NCBI GenBank assembly: GCA_963740905.1
Contig: CAVUFY010000004.1
Coordinates: 387,735-451,734 of the forward strand
Direction: 5' to 3'
Length of the DNA stretch: 64,000 nt
Origin: an uncultured delta proteobacterium
GTDB taxonomy: Bacteria > Desulfobacterota > DSM-4660 > Desulfatiglandales > HGW-15
Shown here: piece after piece, positions 8,488 through 18,070 of the stretch
Numbering within the stretch: position 1 is the first letter of the stretch
How the letters are laid out: each line of letters opens with the position of its first letter
Made by a program: the position numbers and the translations under genes
Notes under the pieces: generated by a model
Database searches by the model: none
What the model was told of the DNA's origin: nothing
Seen by the model: only the letters and a program-made list of their open reading frames with translations

Positions 8488-9648
8488 TTATTTAAGCGCT
8501 TCCTGCCCGCCGAATCTCCGGTAAGGGGAAAACCCTTCCAGAATAACTTTATCCTCATCTGTGCGTCTGTCCGTGATTAACCTGGCCACAACCTCGCCCA
8601 CGCCTGGCCCGAGCATAAAGCCCTGGCCGCACATGCCCGTGGCATGGATCAGTCCCTGAACTTCCTTGTTCCACCCCACCAGGGGAGATCCGTCAGGCGT
8701 CATTGGGTAAAGGCCCCGCCAGGTCCTCCTCACTCTCAGGTGCTTGAGCCTTGGCAGCAATTTCACCATCCTCGATCCCACTTGGGGCAGAAACACCGAG
8801 GTCTCCCGCTTATCGTTTCCCACAATGAGGGGTTCCGGGGTAATGCAAAAAACAACTTGACCCAGTTGGTTCTGATAGAAGTAGTAGTTTTTGGAATCGG
8901 GGCCCGGTCTCAAATCGACCACCATGCAGGTGAAGAAGGGCTTCACCGGTTCCGTGATGGCCGCTTCGTGCGAATCCGGGGTTACAGGCACATCCACTCC
9001 TGCGGTTTTGCACAGATCCCTTGAGTAAGGTCCCGCCGCATCCACTACGACAGGGGCCTCGTAGGTCCCGCTCTTCGCAGCGACCCCCAGTACCTTCCCC
9101 TCCCCCACCATGATTTTCTCTACCCTGTCCTTGAAAAGAAAACGAACGCCGAGCTCCCCGGCTCTCCGAAAGAAGGCATTGACAGCGCGAAGGGGAGAGG
9201 CTGAACCGTCGTCCGGTGAAATCGTGCCGCCAATAAGGCCTTCAGGGTTGATCCCTGGAACCACTTCGCGGATTCTCTCCGGGCCGACGAACTCAATGTC
9301 CAGTCCGTACTTCTTCTGTATCGGGAAAATGCTCTTGAGCGCCTTCTCTTCTTTTTCTCTGTAAACCGGAAAGGTGTAACCGCCCTTCAGCCACTCGATG
9401 TTGTCGCCGTATTTTTCCTTCCAGGTCGAAAAGATCCGGAGCGAGCCGAGGCAGGTGAGAATCTTGGCAGGATCAGAGTGAGTCGCCCTGATGCCGCCTA
9501 TGGCTTTCTTGTTCTCCCCCTGTCCGGGTGATGCGTTGTAATCCAGGACTAGAGTTTTCACTCCCATTTCGGCGAGTGCCACCGCAGTGGGAACGCCGAT
9601 TGAACCGGCGCCCACGATAATGACGTCATATTTTCCGCTGCTCACCAC
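8488..9648 (-). CDS. FAD-dependent oxidoreductase (DAO family; sarcosine/opine oxidase beta-like)
   Basis: N-terminal YDVIIVGAGSIGVPTAVALAE dinucleotide fold, 386 aa, and DAO-type C-terminus (HATGMCGQGFMLGPGVG). Confidence 0.85.
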   Translation of the reverse strand: MVSSGKYDVIIVGAGSIGVPTAVALAEMGVKTLVLDYNASPGQGENKKAIGGIRATHSDPAKILTCLGSLRIFSTWKEKYGDNIEWLKGGYTFPVYREKEEKALKSIFPIQKKYGLDIEFVGPERIREVVPGINPEGLIGGTISPDDGSASPLRAVNAFFRRAGELGVRFLFKDRVEKIMVGEGKVLGVAAKSGTYEAPVVVDAAGPYSRDLCKTAGVDVPVTPDSHEAAITEPVKPFFTCMVVDLRPGPDSKNYYFYQNQLGQVVFCITPEPLIVGNDKRETSVFLPQVGSRMVKLLPRLKHLRVRRTWRGLYPMTPDGSPLVGWNKEVQGLIHATGMCGQGFMLGPGVGEVVARLITDRRTDEDKVILEGFSPYRRFGGQEALK

Positions 9649-9674
9649 AACCTCTCCCTCCTGATACCTCCGAC

Positions 9675-11759
9675 CTAGTCCCCCTCCCCTCTCATCCCCG
9701 CGAGGATGCCCAGCGGCACCTCTACGAACAGAGGCCGATCAACCCTGTCCGTGACCTGTTCAAGGTCTACACCCTCCTCCTGAAACAGACGCCGGATCAT
9801 CGGCCCGCACGTCTTTGACCCGCAGGCACCCATGCCCGCTCTGTTCAGGGCCTTTAGCTGATTCATGTCCTTGACTCCTTCCCGAATCGCGGCCCGAATC
9901 TCTCCGGCCGTCACCCTTTCGCAGCGGCACACCACGGCCTCGTCAGGAGGGAGCTCCCGCTCATAGATCAGCGAAGGCTCGATCTGCTCTTCCTGTACCC
10001 AGATTCCCACCGCCCTTTTGGCCGCATCCTTCTCAACTTTGACCTGTACCAGCAGCGTACCCGGGTATTTCTTCGGGCTGGTGAGCACCCTCTCCACGGG
10101 ATAATTACCCAGGATCGCGCCCTCCACATCCGTGACAGGCACCCTGTGTCCCACTTCAACCTTCTCTCTCCACACTTCGTAGGGAAGGGTCACCGTAGGA
10201 TGTTCCGCATCCTTTCGATAATCCACCAGAGTAGCGGCAAGACCCGGGCAAATGTAGACACAACTCATGCAACCTTTGCAGAGTTTCACATCCATGATGT
10301 AGGGAAGACCCGTGATCTCATCCCTGTCGGTCTTGATCGCCCCCTCCGGGCAGACGGACGTGCAGGGGTTGCAGGGGACTTCCTGGGTACAATGAAATAT
10401 GGGCATGACCCCCTTTTCTTCACCGGGTTTCTCTCTCTCGATCACCGGGCCCGGTTTGGATTTGAGAACCCGTTCCTTGTCCTCCCACTCCCAGGGAATT
10501 TCTCCCGCAAAAAGCCCGAGGGACTTTGCTATCTTCAATCCCTCAATCTTTCCCGTAAACATCGCGGCGGAGGCCTCGGCGATCTCCTTTGCATCCCCGG
10601 CAGAGTGGACTTCCATGCCCCACTCCCTGGCTTTGGTGTAGAACTCGTTCACCTCCGCCAGCCCGACGGCGATGAGGACCGTGTCCACCGTAAAGGTCTT
10701 GTGCGTCCCCGGGACGACTTTCCACCGCGGGTCCAGGCAGGCAATGGTCACTTTTTCCACCTTCTCCCCGCCCGTCGCGGAAACCACCGTGTGGCTCGTG
10801 TAGATGGGCACGCCCAGCCTCTTAAGTTTGTCCGCATGGACTTTGTATCCCCCCACCTGGGAGAGCGCCTCCACAAGAGCGACAACTTCTATCCCCGCCT
10901 GAATCGCATGATAGCCCGCAATGAGGCCTACGTTGCCGCCCCCCACAATGAGGACCCGGTCTGAGGACTTGACAAGATCCCGATTGACCAGCGTCTGAAA
11001 TGCGCCGGCGCCGTAGATCCCCGGCAGGGTGTTGCCGGGAAAGGAGAGCATCTTCTCCCTTGCCCCTGTAGCCACGAGAAGCCTCTGGGGCTTGATCCTT
11101 CTGTACGTGTTCCCTTTCACCACACCCACGACGCGGTCCGAAAAAATGCCCACAGCGGTCGTATTGAGCCAGACCTCCACGGAATCCAGTGCTCTCACTT
11201 CTTCTTCGAGAATCCGGGCGATCTCAAACCCCCGGGTCCCGGCATGGGAGTCTTCCACGGAACCGAAGAACTTGTGTGTCTGGAGCACCAGTTTGCCTCC
11301 CGGCTTGCTCTTGTCATCCACGATGAGGGTGTCCACCCCGCGCTTTCCCATCTCGATGGCAGCCGAAAGCCCTGCCGGACCCGCGCCGAGGATAAGGACC
11401 TCCACAGCTCTGACAGGCGGCTCCTTCAGCAGAGGAGCGCGGTCATCATGAGGCAGTTCGGGCAGTCCTTCCAGGCTTGCCAATACCATGCCCGGCTTCA
11501 GGGAGGTCATGCACGCCTTGACCGGCAGTCCATCGGCGATAACCATGCACTGGGAACACTGGCCGTTGGCGCAGAACAGGCCCTGAGGGCTGTGATCTTT
11601 GGGATGATGACCCAGTATGCGGATGTCATTGGCCATGAGGGCCGATGAAATCATCTCTCCCTGGTAGCCTGTCAGGCTTTCCCCGTTCCAGGTAAATTCG
11701 ACCTCTTTTCTCTTGGGAATTTCCAGAACAGGATGTTTCTCGATTCTTCGCTTGTTCAT
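9675..11759 (-). CDS. Multi-cluster NAD(P)/FAD oxidoreductase (sarcosine/opine oxidase alpha-like, without the folate domain)
   Basis: N-terminal 2Fe-2S-type domain (FCANGQCSQCMVIADG..KAC). Two GxGxxG folds (LILGAGPAGLSAA; LIVGGGNVGL). Two ferredoxin-type motifs (CNPCTSVCPEGAI; CKGCMSCVYICPG). BFD-like C-terminus (VCRCERVTAGEI...CGSKTCGPM). ATG 11759 is preferred to TTG 11768. Confidence 0.8.
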   Translation of the reverse strand: MNKRRIEKHPVLEIPKRKEVEFTWNGESLTGYQGEMISSALMANDIRILGHHPKDHSPQGLFCANGQCSQCMVIADGLPVKACMTSLKPGMVLASLEGLPELPHDDRAPLLKEPPVRAVEVLILGAGPAGLSAAIEMGKRGVDTLIVDDKSKPGGKLVLQTHKFFGSVEDSHAGTRGFEIARILEEEVRALDSVEVWLNTTAVGIFSDRVVGVVKGNTYRRIKPQRLLVATGAREKMLSFPGNTLPGIYGAGAFQTLVNRDLVKSSDRVLIVGGGNVGLIAGYHAIQAGIEVVALVEALSQVGGYKVHADKLKRLGVPIYTSHTVVSATGGEKVEKVTIACLDPRWKVVPGTHKTFTVDTVLIAVGLAEVNEFYTKAREWGMEVHSAGDAKEIAEASAAMFTGKIEGLKIAKSLGLFAGEIPWEWEDKERVLKSKPGPVIEREKPGEEKGVMPIFHCTQEVPCNPCTSVCPEGAIKTDRDEITGLPYIMDVKLCKGCMSCVYICPGLAATLVDYRKDAEHPTVTLPYEVWREKVEVGHRVPVTDVEGAILGNYPVERVLTSPKKYPGTLLVQVKVEKDAAKRAVGIWVQEEQIEPSLIYERELPPDEAVVCRCERVTAGEIRAAIREGVKDMNQLKALNRAGMGACGSKTCGPMIRRLFQEEGVDLEQVTDRVDRPLFVEVPLGILAGMRGEGD

Positions 11760-12147
11760 GACTGTCAAACCCCTTGGATAGCCTTTTGGGTTAACGATTT
11801 CAGTAAGTTAGAATGGTTAGATTAACAGGATATATCAAAATGTCAAGTTTCGAGCACCCTATGTGTGCGATGAAAACGGAGGATTTCTTGGCACAAAGAG
11901 AGAATGTTCATCTATGTGAGGGGCAGGCACGTGCAGATATGTTCTCGCTACAGTTTTCCGAGGGAATGAAGCAAATGAATTCAACGGGGTTATCTGACAA
12001 AGCAATAGCGGAAAGACAGCAACAAGGGACTGAGACGTATCATTTAGTTCTCCGCGGTCAGAAAATCTATCATGCCCAACTCCTTGCGGAGGAGGAAAAA
12101 GGCTTTATAGTGTTTTAGAAATTGAACCATGGAAAGGAGATGGAACC

Positions 12148-12621
12148 ATGAACAAACATGTTGCAATTGGCGCGATCGTGTTGATTGCCTCCATCTTCGT
12201 TTCTGGATGCGCAAATTACGGCACAATATCGTCGACACGGGCTCAGGATGTAACAATCGACACATTAACGAAGAATTGGACGAATTAAACGGTTTACTGG
12301 ACAGGCCTGGATATAAAAGAACCGACTGCGATTATGTTCGATCCCAAGGCGGATGGCAAAGCCCTCACAGGCGCTGGCGACCGGTGGTACAGGGTGGATA
12401 GCCAAGAGTCACTGTCAAAGCTGGTCGGTTGGCCAAAATTTAATCCTCTCTATTATCCATACGTATGGAGGGTCGCCGGGCCGGATGGACAGTTTTATGG
12501 GTATGTCTACGCAGGTTACACCCAGTTCGGGATGAGAGTGGTTGATGAGAAAACGATGCTGGTTTACGGCATACCGGCAACGCTTCGAGGGGGAGAACGA
12601 AAGCTTTTTAGCAAAGACTGA
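12148..12621 (+). pseudogene. Small lipoprotein interrupted by an in-frame TAA
   Basis: AAGGAGA lies 7 nt before ATG 12148. MNKHVAIGAIVLIASIFVSGC has a signal peptide and lipobox. TAA at 12286-12288 is followed in the same frame by coding-looking sequence TVYWTGLDIKEPTAIMFDPKADGK..., running into track ORF 12334..12621. Confidence 0.45.
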
Positions 12622-12949
12622 TGGGTACCAACAAAACGATCCATGAGGAGCGATATCCGGCAGAAGGTTAGTTCCTAATACCGCTGCCGTCATTATGTTC
12701 GGGCGTCACGAAGACTCCCGGTTGTTTGAAAAATCCATTATCTTCTGCGAGACGGGATTGAGGGGCAGATTCGCGGAAGATCCGTGATAGAAAAGTCAAC
12801 AGACAGCAAGTAGTTTAAAACAAGGGTCTTAACATGCTTTTGTAACTTGGCTCTTCCGAGCGTATTTAGCGGCTCAGCAAAATTTTGTTTGCCCTGCGAT
12901 CAAAGTTTGACAAAACTGTGTTTCTGGCCACACAGGGAGGAGACTAGCA

Positions 12950-13333
12950 ATGTTCAAGAGAATCGATCATGTCGAAATTGTTCCGAGAAACGCAGAAAAG
13001 ACCATTGACTTCTATGTCGATATCCTGGGCTTTAGGGTTAAAGGCCGAAATGAAGTCAGAATGCCGCCTATGAGAGAGGTCATTTATCTTCAACTGGGCG
13101 ATACGGTCATCGAGGTTATTTCCGCAGATAACCCCAAACTGAAATCAGAAAATCCCTGGGAAGTAGGATATAGAGGCATTGCCCTTGAGGTGGAGGATAT
13201 GGCAAAAGCGGTGGATTATCTGAAAAGCAGGGGGATAGCCATAGCCCGTGAACCTGTGGACTTGGGGGATTCGTATCGTGGAGAAATAAGAGATCCTGAT
13301 GGACTCATTATTGAACTCCGACAGTGGAAATAG
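12950..13333 (+). CDS. VOC (glyoxalase/bleomycin resistance/dioxygenase) family protein
   Basis: 127 aa with IDHVEIVPRNAEKTIDFYVDILGF...GIALEVEDM..., typical of a single VOC module. GGAGG lies upstream. Confidence 0.8.
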   Translation: MFKRIDHVEIVPRNAEKTIDFYVDILGFRVKGRNEVRMPPMREVIYLQLGDTVIEVISADNPKLKSENPWEVGYRGIALEVEDMAKAVDYLKSRGIAIAREPVDLGDSYRGEIRDPDGLIIELRQWK

Positions 13334-13699
13334 CCGATTAATGCCATTTTGCAAATCGGGTAAAGGCGAGGAGTCGTGAACTCCTACGCGGGTCATCAGG
13401 GACGGTCACCCGTCTCCAACTCCCTCGGATCATAGCAAACGGATTTTCCTCACAACACTCTTCCAAACAAGATCTATTCACAGCACAGAGGGTGATTACA
13501 GTTCCCTATAGGAAAACGACAATCTTGGTCGCGGAAAGAGAAGACTGTCCATAACTTCTTGACTTTTGGCCGATTTTCATCCAGCATTACTCGCAATTTC
13601 GGCTACCCAATCAGGTTCGTTTGACTTTTCTTCAAGGAAGAATGAGCTGTGCCTATTTTTTAACCCTTCGTCGTTCAGGGGTTCTAAGGAGCTAAAGAG

Positions 13700-14674
13700 A
13701 TGCAGGGGTCATTCCGAGAATACTGCAGCAGCCTCAAGGGGCTCCTGGATGATGCGGTGGAAGCAATCCTGCGAAGGATCTTCGATCATTTGCACACCAG
13801 TCCCTGTGATGCCTTGAATCAGACTTTTCGGGGCGGAAAAATGATCAGAGGCTCCCTTGTTTGCATGGTCAATGAAAGCCTCGGAGGATTGCGGGACTCC
13901 GCCGTTCCTCGATCTGTAGCCGTGGAACTCATTCACGGGGCTACCCTGATTCACGATGATTTTGTCGATCAGGATCGGACGAGACGGGGCAAGCCTGCCG
14001 CGTGGACCCTGGAGGGTGCCCGGAAAGCCGTCCTTTTCGGCGATGTGGTCTTTGCTTCGGCCATTGAGATGATGAGCAAAGTGGGGTGGGAAGATGGCCT
14101 GGTTGTTTCTCGTGCCATCGCCAGTATTTCGAAGGGAGCTTTCCAGGAACCCCTCGATCCTGCTGAACTGGCCGGGCAGGTCGAATCCAATGCTGTGAAC
14201 GATCGGCTCTATGATGCGATTATCCGTCTGAAGACTGGTGTCCTTTTCGGCGTTGCCTGTGAATTGGGCGCTATTGCTGCGGGTGCTGAGAGTCATGCAA
14301 GGGAGGCTTTTCATCGCTACGGCTTACTCCTTGGTGAAGCCTATCAGATTGCAGACGACCTGAAGGAGATCCGGCATCACCTGATCACCCGGTCCATCGG
14401 CTCCAGAGAACTCGCGGCGCTTGCCCCTGCCGTTCTTCGCTTCGGAAAGGACTCGCGGCATGTAATCCCGCTTATGTTGAGAAAGACGCATTCCTTGCTC
14501 GAAGGCACTGTGCTGGAGGAGTGGGAACACGTTCGGCAATGCATGGAACAGGAGATAGGGATACACCTGGAAAAGGCACAGCTTCAAGTCTCGGGGCTTT
14601 TTCCGGAGATCCTTCAAGAAACGATGATCCGCCAAGCTCCCTATGAGCTGATTGAGATGTTTAACGACTTGTGA
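13700..14674 (+). CDS. Polyprenyl diphosphate synthase family protein
   Basis: First Asp-rich motif LIHDDFVDQDRTRRG and second motif region YQIADDLKE. AAGGAG lies upstream of the ATG. Confidence 0.8.
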   Translation: MQGSFREYCSSLKGLLDDAVEAILRRIFDHLHTSPCDALNQTFRGGKMIRGSLVCMVNESLGGLRDSAVPRSVAVELIHGATLIHDDFVDQDRTRRGKPAAWTLEGARKAVLFGDVVFASAIEMMSKVGWEDGLVVSRAIASISKGAFQEPLDPAELAGQVESNAVNDRLYDAIIRLKTGVLFGVACELGAIAAGAESHAREAFHRYGLLLGEAYQIADDLKEIRHHLITRSIGSRELAALAPAVLRFGKDSRHVIPLMLRKTHSLLEGTVLEEWEHVRQCMEQEIGIHLEKAQLQVSGLFPEILQETMIRQAPYELIEMFNDL

Positions 14675-15107
14675 AGTCCTGTTTGAGAGCCGTGGGGCTT
14701 TTTCAAACCTCTGCGTCTCGTGCTGTCCTCCGAAACTTGTGATCACTTGCCAAGACAACAGAACCATGGGAATTCCTGATACATTGGGTATCCCAAGTAT
14801 TTCCTTTAAACCCTGTGATAGCTTGCCTTGGCGCATCGCTTTAAATGGCGCTCCCGGTTCTGATTAACGTCAGGGTAGTTGAAAATTTGCCGATTTGAGG
14901 TTACCCCAAAGAAATGGTCACGTTCCCGGGTAATCGGCTCGCGGCCCCACTGCCTTGGCATGCACATCCGTAACTCATGAGGATCATTCCAAAAAGTAGG
15001 CATTTAGCCCCGGAGAACCCGCGACCCGCCGGCAGGTTCGAATTGGGGGTTAAGCTCATCCTAGTGGGGCCCCGCAGCCCTCGCAAGTATACGGTTCTCT
15101 TGACCTT

Positions 15108-16346
15108 TCAGCTAGCAGGACCGATATCATCACGGGGGCGTGGCCCCGCCTGGCTCTCACGCAACAGGGGCCACAGCCCCCCCACAGCACCGGCAAGAAC
15201 AATCGGGCTTACGCCGGCGAGGATGCCGAGGGCCGCCTGGTGCCAGAGGTTTCCGAGCGCCCTTCCCGCCAGGGCGGCGGCAGGACCCAGGACGAATCCT
15301 GATCCGATCAGACCTTCGTGAGTCCCGCCGGATTTGACGGCCGCATTGCTGATCACCATCGCGTAGTAGAGACTAGCGTAATAGGCCACACCATGCGAGG
15401 CCCCGTACACGACCAAGCCCAAGGCGATGATGCCACCTCGACCCGTCGAGAGCGCCATCAGGAAACCGATCGGCAGGAGAATCGCCGTCAGGGCGAGGAT
15501 AGACCGTCGGCCATGCCAAATTTCGGTGCGCTGCATCAGCACGAATGTTATGGCTCGCCCGGCATCCAGACAACCGACAAGCGCTGTCTGAGCCACGAGC
15601 GTGTAACCCAGCCGGCTGAGAAGGACGGGCAGCAACGGCGACAGAACGAACAGCATAGCGTACCCGGCGACCATGGATGATCGACTGGATATCATCAGGG
15701 CGCCGAGCCAGCGAAGGCGCTCGGGATCGGGGCGTTCAGGATGATCCGCGGCCAGATGCTCGGGCACGGCCCGGAGACGCAGGACGAGGGTCATGGCCAA
15801 CGCCATGCACCCGGCCGCGCACAGGAATAGGCCGGCCCCCAGGAACTGTATGATCGGACCTGAAGACCAGACGGCCAGTGGCACCGGCACGGACCAGGCG
15901 ATGTTGAACTTTCCAATGGCCCGTGAGGCCCACACAGGAATCAGTCCCACGCTGATGTAGCTTTCCACGATGGGCCACATCATCCCGTTCAAACCCGAGA
16001 ACATGAAAGAGCCACCCACAAGCAGCCATCCGTGCGGCCTGTGCCAAACAGACGCAAGCATTACGATCTGACCGATCAGGACGCCCAGAAGAGCTCGCCT
16101 CTCGCCGAACCGCGTGGCCACGCGATGGCTGGGCAAAGCCCCGATCACATAGACGGCGCCCATCCCCAGCGCCAGGAGGAGGTTCGCGTTCTCCCCGAAG
16201 CCCAGCGCCTCTTGCGTATAGAAATACACCCCACGCTGCACCAGGACGGTGGCGAAGCTCTCGATAGATGCGAAGACTAGCAATCGGGCGAGGTAGCTCA
16301 TGCAGAAATTTGATGACAAGAAGTCCCTTTTTAACAGCCGGACCAT
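15108..16346 (-). CDS. MFS transporter
   Basis: About 410 aa and strongly hydrophobic, with 12 TM-like segments. The start is uncertain (TTG 16370, ATG 16346 or ATG 16301). Confidence 0.75.
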   Translation of the reverse strand: MVRLLKRDFLSSNFCMSYLARLLVFASIESFATVLVQRGVYFYTQEALGFGENANLLLALGMGAVYVIGALPSHRVATRFGERRALLGVLIGQIVMLASVWHRPHGWLLVGGSFMFSGLNGMMWPIVESYISVGLIPVWASRAIGKFNIAWSVPVPLAVWSSGPIIQFLGAGLFLCAAGCMALAMTLVLRLRAVPEHLAADHPERPDPERLRWLGALMISSRSSMVAGYAMLFVLSPLLPVLLSRLGYTLVAQTALVGCLDAGRAITFVLMQRTEIWHGRRSILALTAILLPIGFLMALSTGRGGIIALGLVVYGASHGVAYYASLYYAMVISNAAVKSGGTHEGLIGSGFVLGPAAALAGRALGNLWHQAALGILAGVSPIVLAGAVGGLWPLLRESQAGPRPRDDIGPAS

Positions 16347-16746
16347 AGGGGATTTGGCCTTGTGTGTCAAGGATAGAGTCAGTTTATGATTGAGCTGTGA
16401 TCGTGAGAGGCCGGGGAGGCTATTCTCCGCCTGCGCCCGGCCTCTTCAAGGAATGAAGACTTCGGGAAAGAATCCTGTCATTCGGAGGCACATCGAGCCA
16501 ATCCGTATCGTAACATTGGCTTTGAGGCGCTCAATTCATTTTCCTTTACCATCACAAACCTTGAAGATTATGGGCTTGGAAGGATCAGATAGCACAAGAA
16601 TCAACTAGCCTCTGATACAGGTGTTGAGAGGTCAGCAGCCACAATAATTTGTGCTGCATTTGTCATTGACACGCATTGTGGATCTTCATAAACTTGGGTC
16701 CCGAAAAAGTGAGTTCTTATCCCCTGAATTTGGAGGTGTTGTGATC

Positions 16747-17181
16747 ATGACAGGAGAAGAACGCAAAGCATCGGCGCGGCAAGCCATCGACGAGGTAGTG
16801 AATAAAGGGAACTTGGCACCCGTTGACGAGTTTTTTGCGGCGAATTACATCGGACATCTTTCCGACGGAGCGGAACTGAATGGTCCGGCGGAATTCAAAC
16901 AGTTCATCACCTTGTTACGCAACGCTTTTCCGGACATCCAGTACAAAGTGGAGGATATGGCCTGCGACGGCGATATCTTAGCGGTTCGCACGAGTTTCAC
17001 CGGGACCATGACCGGTCCGTTGAGAGGAATACCGCCTACCGGCAAGAAAGTGGTCATGCAGGAGGCACTGTTCTATCGGTTCGAGGGCGACAAGATAGCC
17101 GAAGAATGGTCGTTCATCAACCAAATGGCCCTGTTACAACAGATCGGTTTAGCTCCTCCGGCCCCAACCCCAGGCGCCTAA
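16747..17181 (+). CDS. SnoaL-like (ester cyclase) family protein
   Basis: MTGEERKASARQAIDEVVNKGNLAPVDEFFAANYIGH...GIPPTGKKV...FYRFEGDKIAEEW is the typical predicted-ester-cyclase pattern. GGAGG lies 10 nt before ATG 16747. Confidence 0.75.
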   Translation: MTGEERKASARQAIDEVVNKGNLAPVDEFFAANYIGHLSDGAELNGPAEFKQFITLLRNAFPDIQYKVEDMACDGDILAVRTSFTGTMTGPLRGIPPTGKKVVMQEALFYRFEGDKIAEEWSFINQMALLQQIGLAPPAPTPGA

Positions 17182-17342
17182 TACGTCCACAGCAAAATCG
17201 CGGGCAAGGTGCTGAACAAGTCTCATCGAAAAAGGACTTGGCTCCAGACTACACCAACGAATATTGAGCATGGTGCGCAGGGAAGATGGTTTGGTCATAC
17301 GTTTACGCACTATCAGCATGGGTTTTTGCTAAAATACTAGCT

Positions 17343-17639
17343 TTAAATTACGCGATAGAACTGATCTACGGGCATGTCCCCGGTAGCGCTTATGATAGAC
17401 TTGACTAACTTCGAATACTCCTCGTCTTTGTCTAATTCAGCGTCGATTCGTTCGTAGTCGGCCAGCGAAGCATATCGTGTCTGAATCGTTGCGCGACCTC
17501 TCTCCCCTGCCAAGTTGTACATCAGCTCCACTGAGATTTCAGGATACTTCTTTTCCATGTGTGCCTTGGCTTTGACAAGTGCCTCGAAAAATTCCGAATA
17601 ATTCTCGCTATAACTGATTTCCCTCTGATGTATTATCAT
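17343..17639 (-). CDS. Hypothetical small protein (98 aa)
   Basis: Clean ORF with GGAGGA upstream (rc of tcctcc at 17645-17650). No family recognised. Confidence 0.5.
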   Translation of the reverse strand: MIIHQREISYSENYSEFFEALVKAKAHMEKKYPEISVELMYNLAGERGRATIQTRYASLADYERIDAELDKDEEYSKLVKSIISATGDMPVDQFYRVI

Positions 17640-18070
17640 TTGGTCCTCCTGATGCTATTTTGTCATAAAAAAGTGATAGGTTATAATTCAATAGCGCCGT
17701 AACCTCACTTATGTACAAGACAGGTAGCTCGTCGGCTCCTGGCGGAGGTTATGCAGCATCGATCTTCAACTTGGCAGAACTGGCTGTTCGTTACTTCCAC
17801 TCCGAACTCTCGTCCCGACAGTTAATCCTGATAAAAGGTGGAACAACATAATGGAATCCCCGTCTCGATTCCCACTTTAAGCATCTAAATGAAAGGAGGA
17901 AAATGGGGTGATCCCAGTATATTTTCACCAATAATCATGTACAGACGTCATGCAGTCCTATCCGTTTAGCCAACTGATTTCTGTGAAACCATAGGGGTGG
18001 AGCATTCGGCACTTAACGCTTGATCCTGCCCACCGAATGCGAAATACTATATGGCTACGGGAGAGCGTGG

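Noticed and set aside
11813-12118. 101-aa ORF in the divergent region upstream of the flavoprotein operon.
   Set aside because: It has no RBS and an odd composition, lies in an AT-rich promoter region, and resembles no family. There is not enough support to call it a gene.
12286-12288. TAA in the lipoprotein gene as a programmed readthrough.
   Set aside because: TAA is the least leaky stop, and no stimulatory context is visible. A nonsense mutation or two separate ORFs are simpler explanations.
15035-15043. GGTTCGAAT, a tRNA/tmRNA T-loop-like string in the 14.7-15.1 kb spacer.
   Set aside because: The flanking bases do not form a T-stem or acceptor stem on either strand, and no cloverleaf or tmRNA-like 3' end (..CCACCA) is present.
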